Assembly (NCBI RefSeq): GCF_023055435.1
Contig: NW_025963779.1
Span: 92,504,001 to 92,568,000 of the forward strand
Direction: 5' to 3'
Source: Haliotis rufescens
Lineage: Eukaryota
DNA length: 64,000 nucleotides
Position numbers and translations under genes: made by a program. Below the pieces are notes generated by a model. That model made no database searches. It was not told the DNA's origin and saw nothing but the letters and a program-made list of their open reading frames with translations. This document shows positions 52,401-64,000 of this stretch, piece after piece (the stretch's first letter is position 1; every line of letters starts with the position of its first letter).

Positions 52401-53781
52401 GTATATTTTTGTTACTAACTATCCTCTTATTTCCTAAAAGAAAACGGATATTACCAACAGTAAGTCAGCTGACTGGAAGATACACTGACTGCTACATTCC
52501 TTATATAGGCTAACCGGTCCTGTTTCTGTGTACTTGACGTAACATCCGAAGACTAATGAAGTCAACTTTAAGACAGTACAGGCTATGAAACCGAAACGCA
52601 TCTGTCCAGAACGCATCTGTTGTGTATAAGAGGATGGCCATCCCCTGAAATGTTATAACGTTAGATCGCGAGGGCGAAACATTAAAGTAGATCCACGAGA
52701 GCTGGGACAGTGGCTGGGAACACCAAGACATGCGGTTTGAAAACAGTCACTGACATGAGAGATTAGGTTAATTAAACACAACATTTTGCTTTCATATAAA
52801 GCTCTATGAGAACTGGGGAGCGAATATGCAAGTATCACGCACACTCACACGCGGAAGCAAATTGTATTTGATATAGTATACGTTTTTATTCATGTATATC
52901 AACAATAAGCTGATCAACAAGTCCATGAAAATGCTCTGTTGCGTGTTAATGTTTTTTGTTTTCACTTTGACATCATATATCATAACAGAGTAAGAGAAGG
53001 TTTGGGCTTCCTCTTGAAAGTACTAAAATAGCAACTGTTGTTTACTGAACAGAGAGTTTTTTTCATGATAAAAACATTGACTATTATTTTTTCTCTCCAT
53101 TTCCAATGTAGTTCACTTTAAATGTCTTCTCTTTTTCTAAACTTTTAAGAAAAACGTAAATATGATCACAAGGTAATGAGCCTGTTGAATGTTACCCTGT
53201 GAGATCTGTCACATCTATTACGGATTTGATGCTCTCTTCAGGTTCAGCCGTTTCCAATTTCCTTCCTTTCTCCCTTAATCCCATCTGTTACATAGAATGC
53301 AAGAACTGGTTGAGTGACTTCTTTCCATCAGAATTACACACATAGGACGGAATGGCTAAAAATCCTGAATATACATGGTAGTAAGTATTCACTACCAATT
53401 TCCTCTAAAATGTTACCTTTGGCAAGCACCAATACTCAGCTGGATCATTTGAGCAATTGTAAAAATCACAACCTTTAATGTGCAACTGTCCACGTGGTCA
53501 AACCCAGTGATTGTTAAGATAACAAATCCTATCTACAAAAACACAGACAACATAACAATCTATATTAATTTCCAATATCCTCCAAGAAATAGTGGGTAAT
53601 GTCAGAATAAAACCCTCTGAACAAAAGTCCCCCAACAAACATCCAATTGTTACCGTTTTTAAATTGTTAATTTTTTTTTTAAATTGGGGTGTGGGGAAAT
53701 GTCCAGTATTGACTATCAAGAGAACAATACTTTCGTAATGAGTTACGGTACTTTCCTAAATACCCTTATGGACCTTCTTTT

Positions 53782-55294
53782 CTCAACAACAAAAGTTCCT
53801 GTGACACCAATATTTTAGTGTATTTTTCAAACAAGTAAAGTTTGGTTTTCAATATTGTAGTACAAGTATGGAATCAAGTCACAAAAACGCAACTGCTACA
53901 GAAAAGCATGCATTCCATGCAAAAGTTTACTTTTATGCAAGCCCCATGCATTTCACTCCCCAAGAATGGGTATAAAAACATGTGCGTTAACGGGATTCCA
54001 TATGCATTGTTTAGCATCGTGCTGACAACCACTCAGAAATACAACAAAATTACGTAATTATTCAACATTACGAAATGCCACGCCTGTCCGAAAATGAGCG
54101 CCTGCGAATCATTGGTATCCTTCAAGCAGGATCGAGTCAACGTGACGTTTGCAAGACAATTTAACGTCCACAGAAACACCATTTGGTGTTTATGGCAATG
54201 TTGGCAACAGACGAATGCAGTCAGAGACCATCCTCAGAGTGGCAGGCCACGCGTAACCAATAATTGACAAGACAACTGGATTCGAACAAACCACCTACGA
54301 AATCGATTCCAGCCAGCAACAGTGACTGCAAGAAGCATCTCTGGCCTTCGACGAATATCTTTACAAACCGTACGTCGTCGCCTCAGATGTGCAGGGATTG
54401 TCGCCAGAAGACCCGCCAGACGTCCCATTTTGACAGGAAACCACCGTCAAGCACGTCTACAGTGGTGCAGACAGCGTCTACGCTGGACAGCCCGGCAGTG
54501 GGACAAGTTCTATTCACTGACGAGTCTCGTTTTGACCTCAGCCACAGCGATGGACGGATTCGAGTGTATCGACGTCGAGGTGAACGTTACGTCAATCATC
54601 GTGTCATGGAAGAAGATCGGTTCGGGGGCGGCAGCGTTATGGTATGGGGTGGGATTACAGTAAGACAGAAGACCCGTTTGATAGTGGTAGAGGGAAATTT
54701 CAATGGGGAGCGCTACTGCGACGAGATCATCGGCTCTGTTGTTCTACTGTTTATGCGTCGTCATGGCCCAGGCATTATCTTTCAACATGACAACGTCTGG
54801 CCTCATATTGCTCTCGTTGTTCAGGATTCTCTTCAACAAAACAACGTGAATGTCATCCTCTGGCCGGCTCGCTCCCCTGATCTCCCACCAATCGAGCACG
54901 CGTGGGATGAGATGGATCGGCGCCTTCGACGTCAACCACGTGTTCCACAGACACTCCAGGAACTTCGAAACATGCACCAGCAGATATGGACAGATATCCC
55001 ACAGGAACTTTTGCGACGCCTGGTCCATTCCATGAGATGAAGATGTGTTGCTTGCATCGCAACCAGAGGTGGACATACACGCTTTTGATTTGTAAACTGA
55101 CATTTTGGCATGTTCATGTTTTTTTTTATTTGAAATCACGCATTTTCTGAAGTCAGTATGGCAAATTAAACCATTTGAACACTTACAGGAGTCTTTTATC
55201 TGTTGCAAACCGAAATTGTTTCAGATTTGGTAAAAAAACATAACTTTGCATTAAATCTTATTCAATGTCAGAGGAACTTTTGTTGTTCAGTATA
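53782..55294 (+). mobile_element. Tc1 DNA transposon, copy 2 (same family as 2004-3356)
   Basis: Same TIRs (left tip eroded) and high identity to copy 1. Retains a block at about 53925-54055 that is missing in copy 1. Frameshifted transposase 54075-55089. Confidence 0.95.
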
Positions 55295-55989
55295 TTATAA
55301 GAAATACATCTCTTTGTGGACCTTTCAATGTCAAGTGTTTATATCCTACTAACGTTTAAATGTATCTGATTTTACCGTTTCATAAGGTGTTGAAACATGT
55401 TACTGTGTCAAACGTATTTAAATCTATCTTCACACGCATCACTTGTAGCATTAACATTCATATACTATCATCATCAATTATAGGCGTAGGTGGGATTGAA
55501 TAATAAATAATATGCTTATAGATATAAACCACCAAACGTTATTGTAGGGAGATAAGTATAAGTTATATGGTACATTACATTACATTAAAGATTTATAGGT
55601 ATATATGTTGACTATAAATGATCAACGATGTATGTATATATGTAAATACAGATATATTAGATATAATACGAGAACCTATGGCTTGTGTGACAGAGGGAGA
55701 AAATTTTAGATAAAGATAAGATTAAGGCCTAATATAATAGTAATGTATAGCTTTGTCAGACGTAAAGCATAGCAAGATATAGTAATATAAACAGTCAGGC
55801 TTCCTGTTAGCACGAGGGGCCTGCTAAATAAAGGAAAACGGAAGTAAAGCCTAGCCTTAACATTCATATATTTTTATGTTAACATGTTTTATAGCGTTTG
55901 TACAAGAAAAATATTCTCCGGCTAAAGTAATTAAGCATTGAGAAACCCCACAGACTCTTTTGGCGTTCAATCCGTAATCTGTAGGTTTG

Positions 55990-56460
55990 CCACCATGCAG
56001 CCAAGTTTCGGTTAAGCAAATAATATCGTAGGAATGAAATACAGTGTAATTTAAATTCCTTCCATTTAGATGAACAATCTTTAAATTACCATATTTTGCT
56101 GGGCCAGGGTTTGGGTGAACATCCCCGCAACAAAAGAGAAGTATCACTACAATAATCGACGTTCTTAACTTATAGATACAACAGGCCTAGGAAGAGAGAA
56201 ACAGCAAGTACTTTGTGAATTTGCCAGATGCTTTGCTATAAAGATTAGAAGCGCTATATCAACGGCATCTTCTTTCACAGAAATATGTTTGTTTTCTACA
56301 GAGGCAGACGGGGAGGTGACGCGCGAAGTATAAGTTTGTAATGCTGAAGTGCACTAAATATAACCAAAAACTGACAACAGAAAGCTGAGTGAACACTACA
56401 GAGAGAAAGAATGTCACAACACTCACAGACAAAACATGACAAACACAAAATGAACTTTCG
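55990..56460 (-). mobile_element. CR1-like LINE ORF2 N-terminus (2A-like motif plus APE endonuclease start)
   Basis: LLFCCGDVHPNPGP followed by LKIVHLNGRNL and DIICLTETWL (APE motifs). Confidence 0.85.
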
Positions 56461-56469
56461 AAACATAAA

Positions 56470-56928
56470 CAAAATCTATAATTACAGCGCCACTCATATG
56501 AAGTTATGAGAGATCATACACAGAACATACCAGAACACAGAAAACGTTTTACCCATATAGCAATAGTTATCTGCGTTGTAATATTAAAAAGCAGTTTTTG
56601 ATAGTGACATATACCTCATGTTTAAAAAGGACCCACAATTTCTCATTGTTTGATAGGTTTAAAAAGTTGGACATTTTAGCCGTTAGACCCATGAATAATG
56701 TGGATCTTACATCATCGTACAGTGGACATTTAAATAAAACATGTTTTTAATCTTCAAGATGATCATTACAATTAAAGCATACGCTGTCTTCAACCTTTAA
56801 ATGGATATATCTGCCTGTTTCGACCCTTAAACGTGCAATACCACATCTAATGGTTTTAATGGCAGTTCTGTAACACCGGGGCATAACGCTCTTGACACAG
56901 TCTTCACAGCAATAACAATCTTTTAAAA
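56470..56928 (-). mobile_element. 3' end of a second LINE (duplicate of about 60150-60512)
   Basis: Minus strand encodes RCGIARLRVETGRY..CFNC..ED..HVLFKCPLYDDVR, a C-terminal CCHC-like region. Confidence 0.75.
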
Positions 56929-58121
56929 GTAATTAAGCATTGAGGAACCCCACAGACTCTTTCGGTGTTCAATCCGTAATCTGTAGGTTTGTTCACAGGG
57001 ACAGGACGTCGATCGTTCTGAAGCATTTTTTTCACACAACAGCCGATAATCCACAAGTTTACTCGGCTCCACTCGCCTTATTCCGCGAGAGAAGTTTCTG
57101 CTCTTGAATTGACAACATTCAAATATCCATGTAATCATACATACCATGCATACATACAGCCATGTAATATATACGTACATTCTGAATAGGTAGGAAGTCA
57201 GTTTGTATCAAATCTTTATAACCAGTGAGATTGTGATAACTGTCACACCTGATTTATTTGTCTGAATGAAACTTCTGAAAACGAGGGGCTTACTGTTACA
57301 CAGTAATTCGGGGTAATACAGTACATACATGTTACGACGATGAGTCATTCCTTAATCAGTACGATGTATAGTATAAGTATATAATCTTAGAAGTAGACAC
57401 ACGTTAACGATAATAATGACAGATAGATACATAAACGCAGGTCGGGTTTGTATTATTTCCTTGGTAATTATGAGTTGTCATTTTTTAAACAGTTTTTCAT
57501 AAGATGAAAGAAATGAGACTGAAATGCAGAAAAAAGACCAGCAATTAAATCTATAAACGTATATATTCAATTCAATCCTCAAAGAACAATATATAGGGCG
57601 CTTTTTTACTATTTATTCCTTATTTTATATCATTAATTCGTTTATGGGTACCAAAGCATGAATATATGTATTATCAAATATGATTTTATTATATCATGAA
57701 ATGTTTATTGATATCGCAAATCGATTTTTAGATATCAATAACTGAATTTACTATATCAAATAATGTACTTAATAATCTAAAATATCGAATATGGTTTGAT
57801 ATCTATAGCCTTCCTCTCCGTGACCTTATGCGTATAGATAGGTACAGTATCGTAACATTTACATAGGCAAGCTTTGAATGTGGAACACATGCTTTAGAAT
57901 TTGATATAAACATATTTATTTCCATAAAGTTGAGGGATTGGCAAAGCTTATCTGAATGCCTCTCCCAAACATGATACATATACAAATTACAATTACAATT
58001 AAATTTTGAAAATGCCCTCTTTCTTCTAATGACGTAAGATTTGTTTCTTTAAAGTTTACCGTGACTAGTGCCAGGAACAGCACCACAAATCGTTCTGAGT
58101 GCATCAAGATAAGTTTTTCAC

Positions 58122-59983
58122 CTATAACGCCTGTTCTTTTGTGCAGTTGTCCCATATGTGGCAACAGTAATCAAATATCGGTAATATGAAAGATTTATAC
58201 ATAGTTTCCAGTGTATTTCTATTTAAACGATACTTGAAACTCCCGAGACAGTTAATCATTGGACTGACTTTCTTGACTAGGCTATCAATGTGATCATTCC
58301 ACATACAATCTTCTTGGAGAGTAAGTCCTAGATGTTTATGAGAATGAACTTCCTGAACAGTAGTGTTACTCATTTTCCAAACTGGTTTTACATTGGGAAG
58401 AATCTTCCGGGAAAACTGAACAGATACTGTTTTATTAGGGTTGAAATCAACCTGCCAGTTTTCTGCCTAAGAAGATATTCCATTTAGATCGTTATTCAGA
58501 CAATGTGCTGCTGTATTTGGAACATTTACCCCGACATATAGGGATGTGTCGTCGGCAAACAATCTAATATTACTATCAACATCATCTATAATGTCGTTTA
58601 TGAAAATCAGAAACAGTAGCTAAAACTGACCCTTGTGGAACTCCGAACGTAACTGGTGGTAAGTCTGAACTGTATCCATTGATAATTACCTGTTGGCATC
58701 CCTGATTTAGGTAGCTTTCAAACCATCTCAACAATTTCCCTTCCATACCATAGGATTTGAGTTTATGGATAATGCTTTTATGCCAAACTTTATCAAAGGC
58801 CTTACTAATGTCGCAAAAGACTGCTCTGGTTTCTTTGCCTTTATCCAATTCTCTAGCATTTAATCATATAAATAAGTCAGCTGGTTAGCGGTCGAATCTC
58901 CCGGAATGAAACCTGATTGAAGATTTGTAAGCAAATTATTATCTCTTAAGTAATTAAAAACATATATAAAAACGCATTTTTCGAATATGTTAGCCATACA
59001 ACCCGCGGAGATGTGGGTCCATAATTACTACATTCATTAATATTACCTTTCTTATCAATAGGTACTACGGAAGCTTCTTTCCAACTTACCGGAAAAGTAG
59101 ACTTTCCAGGGATACATTAAACAATTTAGCCAGTGGATATGATATCGCTGAAGCACTTAATTCCAATAATCTATTGCTGATATGGTAGGGCCCTGTTGCT
59201 TTAGTTACATCAACAGAGAAGAGAACATCTTGAACTTCCTTTGTTGTTAGAATGACAGTAGAGAGCGATTCTTCTGTTTTAAACTTAATATCAGGGAGAA
59301 TTTTATCAGGATATTTAACGGATGCCTGGTCAGAGAAATAATTGTTCATCACATTTGCAATATCTCTTGTATCATCATATAGTATATCGTGGTATGTAAT
59401 GGGAGGAAATGTTGTATGACTGGTGCCCCTTAAATATTTTTTCACTAGCAGCCACCATACTTTTTCACCGTACGCATCATTAATTTTACTATCAATCTTT
59501 GTGTACATATTTGCTCTTTGCAGTGCGAACATAGGAGATAACACGGTTTTTTATTTGACGAAAATTAGTCCAGTCAGAATCTAAGTTACGCTTTTTAGCA
59601 ACCTTATGAATTCTGTTACGTTTCCTGATCAGTCGACGTATCTCACTAGTGATCGATAGTGGATCATTAAGTCTAATTATTACACATTTGTTAAGAATAT
59701 GATTATTACATACGTCAATAATTGTCCGGGTAAAACATTCTGCCATAACGTCAACATGATTGGATGATAACAAATTATCCCACTTTGTCTCAGTTAAGCT
59801 GTCAATAATTTCGTCATTATCAGCCATGTTGTTCTTGTAGATTTTTCTTTAAAAAGTTACATTTCTAGGTATGTTTTCCTTATTTTGTACGAATATAAAA
59901 CAATGATCACTGCACATAGGATCGGATACACCCGAACTCCACACACTGTCTACATTAGTTACGAATAATAAATCAATCAAAGT
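58122..59983 (-). mobile_element. CR1-like LINE ORF2 pseudogene (APE C-terminus plus RT)
   Basis: TLIDLLF..SDH (APE), KATGP..I, QSGF.PGDST, AVFCDISKAFDKVWH, GVPQGSVL, RLFADDTSLY, HKHLGL and ILPIFDYCCHIWD; frameshifts and stops. Confidence 0.95.
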
Positions 59984-60013
59984 TAGGCAAAGTTGGGCAA
60001 AGTTGGGCAAATA

Positions 60014-60038
60014 CCCCCCCCCCCCCCCCCCCCCCCCC
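60014..60038. repeat. poly-C tract (25 nt) preceded by three AGTTGGGCAA-like 10-mers
   Basis: Directly visible, at the junction where the LINE endonuclease region is missing. Confidence 0.9.
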
Positions 60039-60050
60039 AGTGTCTATAAG

Positions 60051-60830
60051 GCGCTATATCAACGGCATATGTTTGTTTTCTACAGAGGCAGACGGGGAGG
60101 TGACGCGCGAAGTATAAGTTTGTAATGCTGAAGTGCACTAGATATAACCAAAAATCTATAATTACAGCGCCACTCATATGAAGTTATGAGAGACCATACA
60201 CAGAACATACCAGAACACAGAAAACGTTTTACCCATATAGCAATAGTTATCTGCGTTGTAATATTAAAAAGCAGTTTTTGATAGTGACATATACCTCATG
60301 TTTAAAAAGGACCCACAATAAAACATGTTTTTAATCTTCAAGATGATCATTACAATTAAAGCACACGCTGTCTTCAACCTTTAAATTGAAATATCTGCCT
60401 GTTTCGACCCTTAAACGCGCAATACCACATCTAATGGTTTTAAAGGCAGTTCTGTAACACCGGGGCATAACGCACTTGACACAGTCTTCACAGCAATAAC
60501 AATCTTTTAAAATCCTTTATGTACGGAGTTTCCTGGTACCAGTATGAACATTATCTCTCCATAGAAGTTCCTGCCAGCTGTTTAGATGTTTTTCCATAAG
60601 GACATCTTGTTTGTTGCTTGATATATCTTTCGCATTTAAAGCAGTGGTGATGTTGAATATATGCTGTATGTTAAGGTCGGCCAATTTTGCCGAAAAACGT
60701 GAGTTCCAGTTCTTGTGATTGGGTGAAAGCCTTTCCGCCCACCAAAAAACATGTTTATTCAATCGACCAGACATATTTCTAAAACGACACCACTGTCCAG
60801 CTATACATATCACTATCTGACCATCCCGTA
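60051..60830 (-). mobile_element. CR1 5' remnant joined to the 3' end of a second LINE
   Basis: 60051-60512 duplicates 56250-56928 with two deletions. ORF 60517-61014 has W.R..NM...RLNK.VF.W and KLRT, typical of LINE ORF2 C-terminal regions. Confidence 0.75.
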
Positions 60831-61046
60831 TCCCCATTAAGAGCCAAATTAGGTGCCTATCTGCCCACGCCAAGAAAAAACCTGATAGCACGGTGGTGTA
60901 CAGCATTAACAGCAGATACATCACGGTCATCCCATACAGATGCGTAGAATGTGTATAAATCACATAAAAAGCAAACAGTGCAATCACTGGATTGTCTGGT
61001 CCAGACTCGATCATTCACCGACCCTTTGTATGTGTTGCCTCGTAGA

Positions 61047-61262
61047 GGTCGGTGTTAGAGCTGATCTTCAGCAACCATGCTTGTCATAAAAGGCGACTAA
61101 CGGGTTCGGGTGGTCAGGCTCGCTGACTTGGTTTACGCATGTCATCGTCTCCCATCGATTCGCATGATATAAATTACTGGATTGTCTGGTCTAGCTGATT
61201 ATTTAGATTGCTGTCATATAGCTGGAATATTGCTGAGTGCGGCGTTAAACAACAAACAAACA
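61047..61262 (+). mobile_element. SINE family A
   Basis: AAAGGCGACTAACGGGTTCGGGTGGTCAGGCTCGCTGACTTGG...GCTGGAATATTGCTGAGTGCGGCGTTAAACAACAAAC. Confidence 0.9.
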
Positions 61263-61739
61263 ATTCTTCATACTTGAGCATCTCAGCATATCAATCAGCC
61301 CTGCCATACATGATTATAAACATTTACATAGGTTGCAGATTCATGGATTATGTTTTGCGGAATTCAACAAAAACGTAAAAGATAAAAGCGAGTAATAACG
61401 ATTGAGATTATAATTATACTATTAGAGTCGCTCCGGCCACCATTGTAAAATGTTAACTGATGCTATTACTTGATGCAGTTCTTTTCAAACATAACCAAAT
61501 ATAACCTTCAAATAAAGCCTTCTTTCATCCGATAACGTGATATCGATCCATGCCGGAGCTTTTCATTGCATCTAAAATAATTATACCTCAATATTGCGCC
61601 CAACACTGAAGCTATTGATATATGGAGACCGGGAACACAGAACACAATTGTACATATGCCCATTAAATCAGACGGATAATTAGAGTCAGCGAGTTGATTC
61701 AGTGCCGGGGTGAGGTACCGCGAGGCAGGCACACAGTTA

Positions 61740-62290
61740 ATAGAGTAGGAAACCCTGGAGAGTTACACTAAGCTTGGCCATGTTGGCCGGTGCTGGTTCT
61801 CTGGCGTACACTCTCCGCCCCAGAACATCCAACAGATTCTCGGGTTGGAGACATGTCAGGGGGCTTTGCGAGCCATTCCAATGTCCGTATCCCTTCTCGT
61901 CGGAGATAATCTGTGACGACCTGTATCTGCCATGTGTGATACCGCCCCACACCATGACACTACCGCCCTCGATCACGGTCAAGAATTGTTGCCGTGGCAT
62001 ACCGATCCCCGCTACGTCGCCAACAACGTTTTCTGCCATCTGTGAATCGGCGGCGAAACCTTGATTGACACCATTAGCGCACAGTCCCTACTTGATGTTG
62101 CCTAACCCACCACAGTCTTTGCCACCTATGGTGATCTGTTGGGGTCACACCCTTCACAGGACGCCTTGCTTTCAGGCGGGCTGCACAGGACCGGTGCTTA
62201 AAGGTCGATGTTGAAATTCGCTAGTTTATAATAGGAGCATATTGAATCTATAAGATAGTGCACTTCATATAATGAGACGATGCCGTCTTT
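61740..62290 (-). mobile_element. highly decayed Tc1-like transposase fragment
   Basis: GGSVMVWGGITH, VTDYLRREGIRTLEW.AK.PDMSP and ENLLDVLGRRV. Confidence 0.75.
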
Positions 62291-63431
62291 ATGTTGTTGT
62301 CTAAGGCCTGTCACACTTTATCAATGTTATCACTAAGGGAGTACAATATTTCACATATTCTTTTCTCAGTAAACTTTCAGATGGCATTTGCTTTCATGTT
62401 GACAAATTGTCCTGAACCTCTGAATATAGATGTGTAACTGTATCTAGGTCACCACAAAGACCCTATGGATCAAGGAAGGATGTTTTTTTCCTCAGGTTTG
62501 TCATGTTGGATAGTGGTGTACAAATTTTGTAAAAGCCAAATGTTTTGACAGAATTGAAATTTAAGCAAATCCTTTGCGTTTTTGAGAATCCACATGGTAT
62601 AAATTCCACTTGTGTCAGATACTTTCTGTAATTGTAAAGAAGTTCTTTCCTTGATTGCATTAAGGTGCAAGTCAAGTGGGTTTACAACTTTGCAGATTTG
62701 GATAGATCGTAACATCGTCAATGCAAATTCACAACATCGCAGGCGTAAGTAAGGCTTATTTGCACTTTTGTCATGTCTACCTTGCTAACACACAACGTTT
62801 ATACAACGTTTTCTTCGGGTTTCTCATGGCAATGTTTCATGAAAACATTGTAATAAAGTTTTTAAAGCGTATTTTGAAACGTTATTTCCGCTAAGAGATT
62901 TAATATTTTAGTGGCATGTGTGTAGAGTTGCCGAGGTATGGTGTACTTATACCTTGTTGATCTGCCATACTTATATCAATGATTTACTGTTTGGTATTTC
63001 AATCACTCACTATCAACTTACGTGTAGTATAATTAACCTGCCACGCACGTACTTCACATTCAATCTTTCAATAGATGAAATCATAATCTATACAGTATGT
63101 GAGTAAGTAATAATATCCCACGACACACCAAGCTGGACCCCACAGCCTCACGTGTGGCTGTCTACTATTTCATTCACATCCTGTCATTTTCAAGGAGACA
63201 CGCATGTGCTTAAGAATCAACGTTTAAAGATATAACTTTCTTGTCTCTCACATGCACGAAAGGGCAGACAGACAGCGTTTATTTCGTATATATTTTCTCA
63301 ATCCGTCGCAGCTAATTGTGTTCCTTAATTAATCTTCGCGATATTTTGTGATTATATTTCAAGTTGCGAGGACGATTGCGGACATACTGAAGTGCATGTG
63401 GACTATTTGATAAAAACCCTTTCAATAATCA

Positions 63432-63531
63432 TGAGTGAGTGAGTGAGTGAGTGAGTGAGTGGAGGAAACCAGAAATGGGCTCCTCACATATCCCCATGTT
63501 GGGAGTCGGCACCACTAGGCTACCCAACCGC
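63432..63531 (-). mobile_element. internally deleted SINE family B with (GAGT)n tail
   Basis: CCAGAAATGGGCT..CCCCATG..ACCACTAGGCTACCC is the reverse complement of family B head and body segments. Confidence 0.65.
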
Positions 63532-63864
63532 TTCACAACTTATGGACTCTGCAAGAAGCAGGATCCATTCTACGTTTCCCACTATATGGCGAGCATGTTA
63601 GCCAAACATCAAAAAAACATTTCATTCAGACCAATTTAGACGTCTCATCTTCCCTTCATGTAGAGCAGTATTCCAGCAGCTCCAGGCGTCGGTGTCAACA
63701 TTTCCCTCTTCCTTTCTGCATAGGCATCGGAATTTCTGCTCGGATTGGCAAAGTGAAAAATCGGTAATTTGGTCAAGAAGGTTAGCTTAAGCCTACGTTT
63801 AGCTTAGCTTATCGGTTATTTGATATCGTTCAATAATAATCAAAAAGCCAATTCTCTTCCCCTG

Positions 63865-64000
63865 ATTTAGCCTCTTGAATTAGAAATAAAGGAGACCATT
63901 GAGACCGCCTCATCTGTTTCATATTTAGATCTATGCATAAAGATTCAGAGTGACAAAACACTCTCCACAAAACTGTATGACAAAAAGGATGACTTCAACT
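63865..64000 (+). mobile_element. Penelope-like retroelement RT fragment (runs off the window)
   Basis: Translates I*PLELEIKETIETASSVSYLDLCIKIQSDKTLSTKLYDKKDDFN, matching the IYPxELEIKxT..SASYLDL..LYDKRDDFNF C-terminal RT/thumb pattern of Penelope-like elements. The Tyr codon is mutated to a stop. Confidence 0.8.

Noticed and set aside
62420-62760. Possible DNA-transposase remnant on the minus strand
   Set aside because: Only a vague resemblance; no catalytic motif could be identified by eye.

Overview
Eukaryotic, AT-rich, repeat-dominated genomic DNA with two assembly gaps. The SINE and transposon repertoire looks molluscan, possibly abalone (inference from recalled repeat sequences, not verified). 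The only convincing host-gene segment is the first coding exon of a DEG/ENaC (ASIC/FaNaC-like) channel at 38340-38822 (+). It probably ends at a non-canonical GC splice donor, carries QG where the family has HG, and lies 65 bp downstream of an ATG-rich minisatellite. No further exon of the gene could be identified. The rest consists of two near-full-length Tc1 (DD34E) elements plus decayed relatives, CR1-like and other LINE fragments (one with a 2A-like GDVHPNPGP motif), a Penelope-like RT fragment, a probable solo LTR, three SINE families sharing a 3' tail, hairpin-ended non-autonomous elements, and many satellites. The most notable structural observations are: two minimal hammerhead-ribozyme motifs of Penelope type (one with a compensatory U3-A8 core inside a 53-bp inverted repeat); two independent A-B-A-spacer-B local duplications of similar span; two unrelated elements sharing a 'long hairpin plus 14-bp inverted repeat' architecture; and higher-order periodicity in the satellites. 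No CRISPR, rRNA or intact tRNA gene was found, and I cannot claim a wholly new system from sequence alone.
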